32,000 nt of DNA. It comes from Pirellulales bacterium (GTDB lineage Bacteria > Planctomycetota > Planctomycetia > Pirellulales > Pirellulaceae). The notes below the pieces were generated by a model. The model searched no databases, had not been told where the DNA came from, and saw only the letters and a program-made list of their open reading frames with translations. Shown piece by piece: positions 16,019-23,114 of the stretch. The stretch spans positions 141,455 through 173,454 of the forward strand of contig JAXMBK010000009.1 of NCBI GenBank assembly GCA_046349935.1. Direction: 5' to 3'. A program made the translations under genes and the position numbers. The first letter of the stretch is position 1, and every line of letters begins with the position of its first letter.

Positions 16019-16201
16019 TGGAAATCCTTGCAGAGAAGAGACATTCGCCGCGCATTCCCCGCGCCGCGCGGCGTTCCTGTCTTTAACGCGTCGCCGCCCC
16101 GAATGTTGCGGAGATTATGAAGAATTGACGAATTCGTGGCGAGCGGCCCTGTTAGGATTTTCGTCGAGCGTTGTGTAATCCAGTACAGGAGACGACTCGC
16201 C

Positions 16202-16822
16202 ATGACCGGACCCGAGACTCGACCCAGCCTCGTTCTGCGATTGCAGAACTCCGCCGACCAGCGGGCGTGGGCCGAGTTCGTGGAGATCTACCAACCGCTG
16301 ATCTTGCGAACGCTGCGCAGCCGCGGGCTGCAGGAAGCCGATGCACGCGAAGTCTGCCAGGAAGTGCTGCTTGCCGTCTCCCGCGCCGTCGAACGCTGGG
16401 ACGCGCGCCCCGAACGCGGTTCGTTCCGCGGTTGGCTCTCGTCCATCACGCGCAACCTGTGCGTCAACTTTCTCATCCGCCGCGCTCGCCACCCGCAGCC
16501 CCTAGGCGACGAAACGCAGCTGCGCGAGTGGCTGGAGTCGGCGCCGGCGGCCGACAGCGAAGCGTCGCGTTGGTTTGCCTTGGAGGAACGTCGACAGCAA
16601 TTGCGCTGGGCCGCCGAACGCGTGCGCCCCGAATTCCGCGAGACGGCGTGGACCGCCTTCTGGGAAACGGCCGTCGAAGGGCGCGACGCCGCCTCCGTCG
16701 CCGCACAACTGGGCGTCGCCGTCGGCGTCGTCTACGTGTCGCGCAGCCGAGTGATGAAGCGGTTGCGGATCGTCGTGCAGCAAGTTCGCGACGAGTCGAC
16801 GGAGGGAGGGGCGACGTCATGA
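16202..16822 (+). CDS. ECF-type sigma-70 family RNA polymerase sigma factor
   Basis: Inner ATG at 16202 of ORF 16136..16822. Region 2 (FVEIYQPLILRTLRSRG...DAREVCQEVLL...FRGWLSSITRN) and region 4 (AAQLGVAVGVVYVSRSRVMKRLR) are present. Confidence 0.9.
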   Translation: MTGPETRPSLVLRLQNSADQRAWAEFVEIYQPLILRTLRSRGLQEADAREVCQEVLLAVSRAVERWDARPERGSFRGWLSSITRNLCVNFLIRRARHPQPLGDETQLREWLESAPAADSEASRWFALEERRQQLRWAAERVRPEFRETAWTAFWETAVEGRDAASVAAQLGVAVGVVYVSRSRVMKRLRIVVQQVRDESTEGGATS

Positions 16823-18354
16823 AGGCCAGCCGAACTGCCTGCAACCACGATCAACTCCGCCTGCTGCTCGACGACCAACTGGCCCCCGCGCAAGCCGAAG
16901 CCGTCACACTGCATTTGGTCGACTGTCAACGTTGCCAAACGACGCTCGACCAACTGGCCGCCGATCCCACCTGGTGGAACGACGCGCGCGAAGGCTTGGC
17001 CAAGTCGGATGCCGAACCCAGCCGCGAGTGGAACGAGAGCGCCAACGGTCAACACGACGAGCCGCCCGATCCGCTCGCGGTGTGCCTCACGTTTCTCGCT
17101 CGCTCCGACAACCCGGCCATGCTCGGTCGACTCGGAGAATTCGAGATCCTGGAACTCATCGGCAGCGGCGGCATGGGGATCGTCCTCAAGGGCTACGACC
17201 ACGAGCTGAACCGGTTCGTCGCCGTGAAGGTGTTGCACCCGCATTGCGCGACCAGCGGCGCAGGACGGCGACGGTTCGTGCGGGAAGCGCAAGCGGCGGC
17301 GGCCGTCGTGCATCCGCATGTGATCGCCATCCACGCCGTCGACGCTCACCATCGCCCTCCTTACCTCGTCATGCCGTACGTCCCCGGCGAGTCGCTCGCC
17401 CAGCGGCTCGACCGCAGCGGGCCGCTCGAACTGCTGGACATCCTCCGCATCGCCCAGCAAGTCGCTCAAGGGCTGGCCGCCGCACACGCCCAGGGCCTCG
17501 TCCATCGCGACATCAAGCCCGCGAATATTTTGCTCGAGCGCAACGTCGACCGCGCGGTGATCACCGACTTTGGGTTGGCTCGAGCGGCCGATGACGCCAG
17601 CTTGACGCGCAGCGGCGTGATCGCGGGAACGCCGCCCTATATGTCGCCCGAGCAAGCGCGGGGCGAGCCGATCGACGCACGCACCGATTTGTTCAGTCTG
17701 GGATGCGTGCTCTACGCCATGCTTACCGGCCGCTCGCCGTTTCGCGCCGACACGCCCTACGGCATCCTGCGACGCGTGTGCGAGTCGACCCCCAGACGGG
17801 TGCGCGAGATTCGGCCGGACTGTCCGGAGTGGCTCGAGACGCTCGTGATGCGGCTGCTTGAGAAGCGTCCCGCGGCGCGTCCTGAATCGGCTCGCCAGAC
17901 AGCGGACTGGCTGGCTGCCTGCTTGGCGCATTGCCAACATCCCACGCAATTCGCCGTCCCGGCGGCGCTGGCGTCGCCGCGCCGCGGGCGGCGGCTGCGC
18001 GTCCTCGCCGCACTCGGCGGCGTAGGCGCTTCCCTGCTGGCCTGGTGCTACGGCGGCGCGTGGTTGTCCGGCGAGGCGGAGCGACCTCCGTCGGCCGAGC
18101 GACCGCTTGGGGCCTCGGTCAAACCGCCCCCGCCGTCGCTTGATCGCCAGCCGACTCCAACCGAGTCCAACGCGAGCGCTGCGGAACCATCGCTGCGATA
18201 CGACGAGTCATGGCGCCGGTTGCCGATTGAAAGGGCGTCGGCGGGCGCCAGCGCGGCGCTCGAACAACAGATCGATGAAGTGCGAGAACGCGTCGAGCAG
18301 CTCGAACGCGATGTGAAGAGCGGGGAAGCGACGCCAGAACGAACTCAACCGTAA
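16819..18354 (+). CDS. Zinc-finger anti-sigma-like N-domain fused to a Hanks-type Ser/Thr kinase, one TM helix, and an extracytoplasmic tail
   Basis: The ATG at 16819 overlaps the sigma stop (ATGA). HLVDCQRC fits HxxxCxxC. Kinase motifs GSGGMGIV, VAVK, HRDIKPANILL, DFG and PYMSPE. TM helix LAALGGVGASLLAWCYGGAWL. Confidence 0.9.
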   Translation: MKASRTACNHDQLRLLLDDQLAPAQAEAVTLHLVDCQRCQTTLDQLAADPTWWNDAREGLAKSDAEPSREWNESANGQHDEPPDPLAVCLTFLARSDNPAMLGRLGEFEILELIGSGGMGIVLKGYDHELNRFVAVKVLHPHCATSGAGRRRFVREAQAAAAVVHPHVIAIHAVDAHHRPPYLVMPYVPGESLAQRLDRSGPLELLDILRIAQQVAQGLAAAHAQGLVHRDIKPANILLERNVDRAVITDFGLARAADDASLTRSGVIAGTPPYMSPEQARGEPIDARTDLFSLGCVLYAMLTGRSPFRADTPYGILRRVCESTPRRVREIRPDCPEWLETLVMRLLEKRPAARPESARQTADWLAACLAHCQHPTQFAVPAALASPRRGRRLRVLAALGGVGASLLAWCYGGAWLSGEAERPPSAERPLGASVKPPPPSLDRQPTPTESNASAAEPSLRYDESWRRLPIERASAGASAALEQQIDEVRERVEQLERDVKSGEATPERTQP

Positions 18355-18365
18355 GGAGCCGCCGC

Positions 18366-19829
18366 ATGTCGAATTCAAATCGTGGACTCATCATCGGCCT
18401 GTTAGTACTCGGTTTGCTGCTGCCGGCCGCCGCCGTGGGGCTGCTGATCTTTTACGAACGCGCCAGGGCGGTCGATTCGATGAGGTCGGCCAAACTGCGC
18501 GAGCAGCAGGCGATGGCGGAAGCGGAACAGGCGATTCAAGCAGAGATGCGGGCGCGAGAATCGCAGCGGGCGGCGCTGGGGACCGATCCGCCTGCTGCCG
18601 CGAATGTTCCCGCTAGCAACGGCGGCTCAGGGATTCCTCCAGGCGGCGGAGGCGGGTTATCCGACGGTGCCGCGGGGATGTCGGGCGGCGGCATGCCGGG
18701 GATGGGGCCCGGGATGATGCCTAGCCTTCCCAGGATGGGAGGCATGGGAGGCATGGGAGGCGGCTTCGAGTTGCCGATGAAGCCGCTGTCCGAATTGCCG
18801 AAGGGCGCCGAGTATCTGACGAATCAATTTCGCGTCGCCGTCCAGTTCGAAGGGCTGCCCACGCGGCTCGCCCGAGGTGTTCTGGTCCGGAAAGGATCGG
18901 GACGCGACGATGCCTATTTGGTGCTTCCCGTCGCGGCGGCGGCCAATGTCACGGCCAAGATCAATGGTCGAGTGACCGAGCGAGCTCCGTCTGAAATTGC
19001 GCTCGGCAATCATCTGTCTTTGCTGCGCATCGAGCACAGCGGTGCGCAATATTTGTCTCAGTTCCTGCCCATGGAGAACGGCCAAGTACTGCCGACGGGT
19101 TACGCCAGCCACGGAGTCGTTTTGCCCGATCTCAACAACGCGCAACCTCTACCAGGAACGGGGCTCTTCGTCGTCCCGCACAGCGGTCTAGTTCCCCAAG
19201 ACCTGATTGGCGACTTGCCCGAGGTCGCCGTGGGAGACGAACTACACGAAATTGTGCTGTCGGACCTTGCACCTCCAGGTGCGGGGCGGCTCACGGTCGA
19301 ATCGATCGAAGGCGAATCGACCGCGACCGGTCTTCTCAAACTAGTCGGCGACGCTCCGATTCCGGGCACTTTATTGTTCAATCGCGACGATTTCCCCGTC
19401 GCCGTGGTGGTGCGCAGCGTGGACAAAACCGACTCGACGCCCGCCGTCGTGGAGGCGATCACGATGCAGCGGTTGTTCGACGCGTGCGCCGCTGCGGCCA
19501 GCGAGCCCAAGCCGTCTGCCGCTTCTCCTGCGGCGCCCTATTATGACGGCGGTGGCGGCGCCGATTCGCCCGTCGGCGACGAGCTTACTGCAGCCGTGCA
19601 GGCTTACCGACAAGCGGCCGACGACCAGCGCGAGGCGGCGAAACAAACGTTGCGACGCTTGCTGGAGAGTCGCTTCGACGCCCAGCAAACGCGCCGTCTC
19701 CAGGAGATCGCCGAACTCACCGAGCGTCTCGAGCAACTTCGCAAAGCCACTCAAGACCAGACCGACCGCCGCGCCGCCATCATCGACAAGCAGCTAGAAA
19801 CCCACGTAGCACAGGCTTCCAGCCTGTGA
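18366..19829 (+). CDS. Membrane-anchored hypothetical protein with a Gly/Met-rich linker, central beta-rich domain and C-terminal coiled coil
   Basis: ORF starts 11 nt after the kinase stop. TM helix LIIGLLVLGLLLPAAAVGLLIF. MGGMGGMGG tract. C-terminal heptad-like LQEIAELTERLEQLRKA. Confidence 0.7.
   Translation: MSNSNRGLIIGLLVLGLLLPAAAVGLLIFYERARAVDSMRSAKLREQQAMAEAEQAIQAEMRARESQRAALGTDPPAAANVPASNGGSGIPPGGGGGLSDGAAGMSGGGMPGMGPGMMPSLPRMGGMGGMGGGFELPMKPLSELPKGAEYLTNQFRVAVQFEGLPTRLARGVLVRKGSGRDDAYLVLPVAAAANVTAKINGRVTERAPSEIALGNHLSLLRIEHSGAQYLSQFLPMENGQVLPTGYASHGVVLPDLNNAQPLPGTGLFVVPHSGLVPQDLIGDLPEVAVGDELHEIVLSDLAPPGAGRLTVESIEGESTATGLLKLVGDAPIPGTLLFNRDDFPVAVVVRSVDKTDSTPAVVEAITMQRLFDACAAAASEPKPSAASPAAPYYDGGGGADSPVGDELTAAVQAYRQAADDQREAAKQTLRRLLESRFDAQQTRRLQEIAELTERLEQLRKATQDQTDRRAAIIDKQLETHVAQASSL
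19802..19828 (+). repeat. Single copy of the REP-like hairpin element, overlapping the stop codon of the preceding gene
   Basis: CCACGTAG + CACAGGCT-TCC-AGCCTGTG. The TGA stop at 19827-19829 uses the last stem bases. Confidence 0.85.
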
Positions 19830-19878
19830 CCCCCCGCCTCCCCCCGCCTCCCCCCGCCCCGCCCCCCCGCCCCGCCCG
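19830..19878. repeat. C-rich tract (CCCCCGCCTC-like repeats); G-runs on the minus strand
   Basis: cccccgcctc cccccgcctc cccccgcccc gcccccccgc cccgcccg. At least 6 runs of 4 or more C. Confidence 0.9.
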
Positions 19879-19913
19879 CGCACGGTGGTTGCACCGACAC
19901 CCCTCATCCCCTG

Positions 19914-19940
19914 CCCTTCTCCCCGCGGCGGGGAGAAGGG
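19914..19940 (+). terminator. Strong GC hairpin (11-bp stem, 5-nt loop) without a U-tract; possible terminator or structured repeat
   Basis: CCCTTCTCCCC-GCGGC-GGGGAGAAGGG is a perfect inverted repeat 85 nt after the stop of the 18366..19829 gene. Confidence 0.3.
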
Positions 19941-19959
19941 AGCACAATTCGCGCGTATC

Positions 19960-19999
19960 GTTGTGCAACAAACGACCGTGTTGCGCAACAAACGACTGT
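19960..19999 (+). promoter_or_regulatory. Tandem 20-bp direct repeat containing 10-bp palindromes; candidate operator
   Basis: GTTGTGCAACAAACGACCGT / GTTGCGCAACAAACGACTGT. GTTGCGCAAC (19980-19989) is a perfect palindrome. The repeat lies 138-177 nt upstream of the ATG at 20137. Confidence 0.3.
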
Positions 20000-20136
20000 G
20001 GGGCCGAGGCGCCGAACGCTCCGAGTTCAACAGAGCTTTTGTCACTCCCGCCCCCCTCCGCGGCGGCAACCAATTGCCCTACCCCTCCCCTGCCTCGCTC
20101 GCTAAGATCCGCGCGCGAGTTCCCGGGAGACACGGC

Positions 20137-21270
20137 ATGTCGAGTTCGACGCAGCAGATCGTCATCCAGCAATGTAGGGTTGAGCGAAGCGGTTCGCTGT
20201 GCCGTGCCACGGCGCAAGTGAACGGCGTCGAACTGTGGTTCGAGTCGCCGGACGCGGAGCTGTCGGCATCGCCAGAAGCGTTTGCGTCGGCCTTGTTGAT
20301 CCCGGCGCTGGACCAACAATCGCGGCTCGTCCTTGACCAGCCGCTCGACCCGCTGTGGCGCGGGAATGTCGAGTCGATCTGCGAACGGCTGCACGAGTGG
20401 TGGGGATATGCGAAGACGCCTCCGATCGACGCTCCCATCGGTTCCGCCGTCAGCTCCGCCGCTCGACACGACGTTGCCGCTCAGTGTTTTAGCGGCGGAT
20501 GCGACTCGTTCTATAGTCTGCTGCGGGGCGGCCACAACACTCAGTCGCTCGTGCTCGTGCACGGTTTCGACATTTCGCACTTTGACCGGAGACGGTTCGA
20601 GCACGCGCGTCGTTCGGCGTCCGCGGTGGCGGCGGCGACCGGCAAACGGCTAATCGTGGTGCGCACCAATCTCCGAAAGCATCGCACCTTTTCGGCTTCG
20701 AATTGGGAGCGGACGCATGGCGGCGCGCTCGCCGCGATCGGACACCTCTTGTCGCCCGTCTTCCAGCGACTCGTGATTCCTTCCTCCTACACCTACGATG
20801 ATCCTAATCCTTGGGGATCGCACTGGCAGATCGACCCGCTGTGGACGTCGTCGCGAATGGAGATTTTTTATGACGACGCGAGCCTCTACCGACTGAACAA
20901 GCTGCAGAGAATGGCCTCCGAACCGCTCGTGCGAGAACACTTGCGCGTGTGCTACGAAAACAGCTCGGCGACCGGCAACTGCAGCCGGTGCGACAAGTGC
21001 GTGCGGACCATGCTGCAACTCGAAGCGCTCGGCGAACGGCAAAACTACTCGGTGTTCGACCGCCGGACGCCCTTGGTCGCCATCCTCGATTCACATGGAG
21101 TTGTACCCGACTGGCTTGCGCCGCGCTACGAGGCGCTGATCGCGCAGGGGCTGGCCCCCGACCTGGTCGCCGCCATTCGGCGGATGCTGGCGCGCACCAA
21201 GCCGCCCCGCGCCGTCTGGTGGCGCGGAGTCATCCGCAAAGTCCGCTCCAACGTAGCCCGCTGGTCGTAG
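20137..21270 (+). CDS. QueC-like PP-loop ATPase paralogue with N- and C-terminal extensions (function unknown)
   Basis: Inner ATG at 20137 of ORF 19885..21270. SGGCDS (20491-20508) fits the SGGxDS PP-loop. VCYENSSATGNCSRCDKC (20950-21000) has the same C-x9-C-x2-C-x2-C spacing as the canonical QueC at 7054..7776. Confidence 0.65.
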   Translation: MSSSTQQIVIQQCRVERSGSLCRATAQVNGVELWFESPDAELSASPEAFASALLIPALDQQSRLVLDQPLDPLWRGNVESICERLHEWWGYAKTPPIDAPIGSAVSSAARHDVAAQCFSGGCDSFYSLLRGGHNTQSLVLVHGFDISHFDRRRFEHARRSASAVAAATGKRLIVVRTNLRKHRTFSASNWERTHGGALAAIGHLLSPVFQRLVIPSSYTYDDPNPWGSHWQIDPLWTSSRMEIFYDDASLYRLNKLQRMASEPLVREHLRVCYENSSATGNCSRCDKCVRTMLQLEALGERQNYSVFDRRTPLVAILDSHGVVPDWLAPRYEALIAQGLAPDLVAAIRRMLARTKPPRAVWWRGVIRKVRSNVARWS

Positions 21271-21312
21271 ACAGGCCGTAGGACAGGCCGTAGGACAGGC
21301 TTCCAGCCTGTC
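21267..21312 (+). repeat. REP-like hairpin element preceded by two partial direct repeats
   Basis: GTAGACAGGCC GTAGGACAGGCC GTAGGACAGGCTTCCAGCCTGTC. It starts within the stop codon region of the QueC-like gene. Confidence 0.85.
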
Positions 21313-21488
21313 TGCCGCGCCCCAGAGCCAATCTTGCCCCAGCGCAAATCCGTTTGCGGCGCCGATTCTTGCCACCGAGCTCACCGAAACGCCGCTCAGA
21401 GCGTTCCTCGGTTTGTCGATTTCCATGTTACAATTCCCGCCGCGGTGTTCACTGGGGATTCCGCGGCGAAGAATGCGAGAGGGTTGCG

Positions 21489-22331
21489 ATGTGGCGCAAG
21501 GTCTGGATAGCGGCGTGGTTGTTCCTGGCGTGCGGTTCGACGGGGTACGCGCAGGAGCGGACCTACGCCCGCATGCCGTGGCACTTGATCGATCTGTGGT
21601 GGGACCTGGGCGCTGACGCTCCTTTTGAAAGCTACAGCATCGACGTATCGATCAGCGAAGACGTCCCCAGCACGACCAACCTGTACATCGCGCCCATCGG
21701 GCTGGGGCATCTCAACAAGACGCCGTTCTACGGCGGCATCCAAACGCAAGCCGACGGCAACACGAAGGCCGACAAGCGGCTGCGCAAGATCGGCCCCGGC
21801 TTCTTGATGTCGATGTGGGGCCAACGCAGTCTCGACGCCATCCGCCCTGCGGAAGGGGGGCTTTGCCAGAGCTCAGGCCATGAAGGCGACTTCGTCAGCG
21901 TGCGCCGCCCCTTCGAATGGAAGAAGGGCAAGTACACCTATCGCGTCGTCAAAATGGACCAAGAGATGGTCGAGGGCCAGCCGATGACGTGGGTGGGCGC
22001 CTTCGTCTACGGGCACGATAAAGATGAAAACATCTTCGTGGGGGCGCTGCGCTTTCCCGGAGAGCAACTGAAATTGTCGCGAAAGGTCGCCAGTTTCGTC
22101 GAAATCTACGGCGGACGGATTCCGGTCGAACAAATCCCGCAAGTCGTCGTGACGTTCGGCGAGCTGAAGGTCAACGGCGAACTGCGTCCAGCGCCACCCG
22201 TCGAAGCGATTTACCCTCAAGGCGTCCCCGACTTCGCCGACGCGAAACTCCTCGACCGCCACGTGGTGATTGATGTCGGGAAAGAAGTCGCCGAGCGGAC
22301 GGAGCGGCGCGTCAAACTGACGGCCCCTTAA
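21489..22331 (+). CDS. Secreted hypothetical protein (280 aa)
   Basis: Inner ATG at 21489 of ORF 21354..22331. Signal peptide MWRKVWIAAWLFLACGSTGYAQE. Composition is beta-rich. I cannot name a family with confidence. Confidence 0.7.
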   Translation: MWRKVWIAAWLFLACGSTGYAQERTYARMPWHLIDLWWDLGADAPFESYSIDVSISEDVPSTTNLYIAPIGLGHLNKTPFYGGIQTQADGNTKADKRLRKIGPGFLMSMWGQRSLDAIRPAEGGLCQSSGHEGDFVSVRRPFEWKKGKYTYRVVKMDQEMVEGQPMTWVGAFVYGHDKDENIFVGALRFPGEQLKLSRKVASFVEIYGGRIPVEQIPQVVVTFGELKVNGELRPAPPVEAIYPQGVPDFADAKLLDRHVVIDVGKEVAERTERRVKLTAP

Positions 22332-22346
22332 GTCGGGAACCGGCGG

Positions 22347-22955
22347 CTAGCGCGGATTCGAGCGATGTGCGTCGGCGGTACCGGGCGGCTCGTGACGACT
22401 CCACGTCATTTTCGGAGCGGGGCCTTTGGGGCCGACGAGTTGGCCGCCCTGGAGTTGGGCGTGGGTCCCGAGAGAGACGCCGCCCCCGCGCCCAACGGCG
22501 ACGACCTTTCCCTGCTCGGACACCGCATAGACGCCGTGTACGGTAAGTCCGAACGACGTTTCGGAATACGTCCCGTCCACCCCGTCGACGTTGAAGGTTC
22601 TCCGAGCGTCGCTGCGATCGTCGGGCGTCCAAGTCCCCGACAGCTCGCCCGGCGTCCGCTCGCCGAAAGTCCAATTCTGTTCGGCCTTGAATCTCTTCAG
22701 GTACTCCTCGAGATCCGCTCGAGTCGCTGGACTGGCGTCGATCGGCCCCGCGTCGCTCGCCGTCTTCGCGCGTTCGCCCTGTTTCGCCTGCTGTTGATCT
22801 GCGCTCGAGTGTTCTGCGAGCTTCGGCCGGGTCGCGACGACCGGCTGCGGCGCCGAGGCCCGCTGATCGCAGCCGACCGCAAGAAGGCTGAACGCGATCC
22901 CCAAGACGACGGTCCCAGCGAATCCGCGCCGTGGAGTGAGAATTCGTCGATACAT
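22347..22955 (-). CDS. Hypothetical lipoprotein
   Basis: Inner ATG at 22955 of ORF 22347..23015. Signal MYRRILTPRRGFAGTVVLGIAFSLLAVGC has a lipobox Cys. Confidence 0.65.
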   Translation of the reverse strand: MYRRILTPRRGFAGTVVLGIAFSLLAVGCDQRASAPQPVVATRPKLAEHSSADQQQAKQGERAKTASDAGPIDASPATRADLEEYLKRFKAEQNWTFGERTPGELSGTWTPDDRSDARRTFNVDGVDGTYSETSFGLTVHGVYAVSEQGKVVAVGRGGGVSLGTHAQLQGGQLVGPKGPAPKMTWSRHEPPGTADAHRSNPR

Positions 22956-23114
22956 AAAAACCACTCGCCAATTTGGATGGATGACGACCACCGTCGAACG
23001 CGGATTCCAACGCACGCAGCTTCGACGCCGCCAACTCGCATTAGGTTCCCAGAGAACCGTATCGCACCGCGGCCATTGTAGACAGGGCGAATTAACTCAG
23101 CCTCTAATGGTCCG

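Noticed and set aside
13483-16120. Long plus-strand ORFs (13483..14202, 13655..14590, 14666..16120) opposite the CotH gene
   Set aside because: They are Arg/Pro-rich mirror images of the Gly/Pro-coding tracts. The minus-strand product has a signal peptide, EF-hands and CotH motifs.
16019-16201. ECF-type GGAAC-N16/17-CGT promoter for either divergent operon
   Set aside because: Only an isolated GGAAC (minus strand, 16077-16073) is present, with no correctly spaced -10. TTGACG (16124) is 22 nt from the only TAGGAT. No promoter is claimed.
20137-21270. QueC-like gene as part of a known defence or DNA-modification system (Qat, type IV CBASS, Dpd)
   Set aside because: None of the required partners is within several kb: no ATPase/TatD, no cyclase/TGT/OGG, no DpdA/B helicase-type genes. 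The neighbours are a sensor operon and secreted or lipoproteins.
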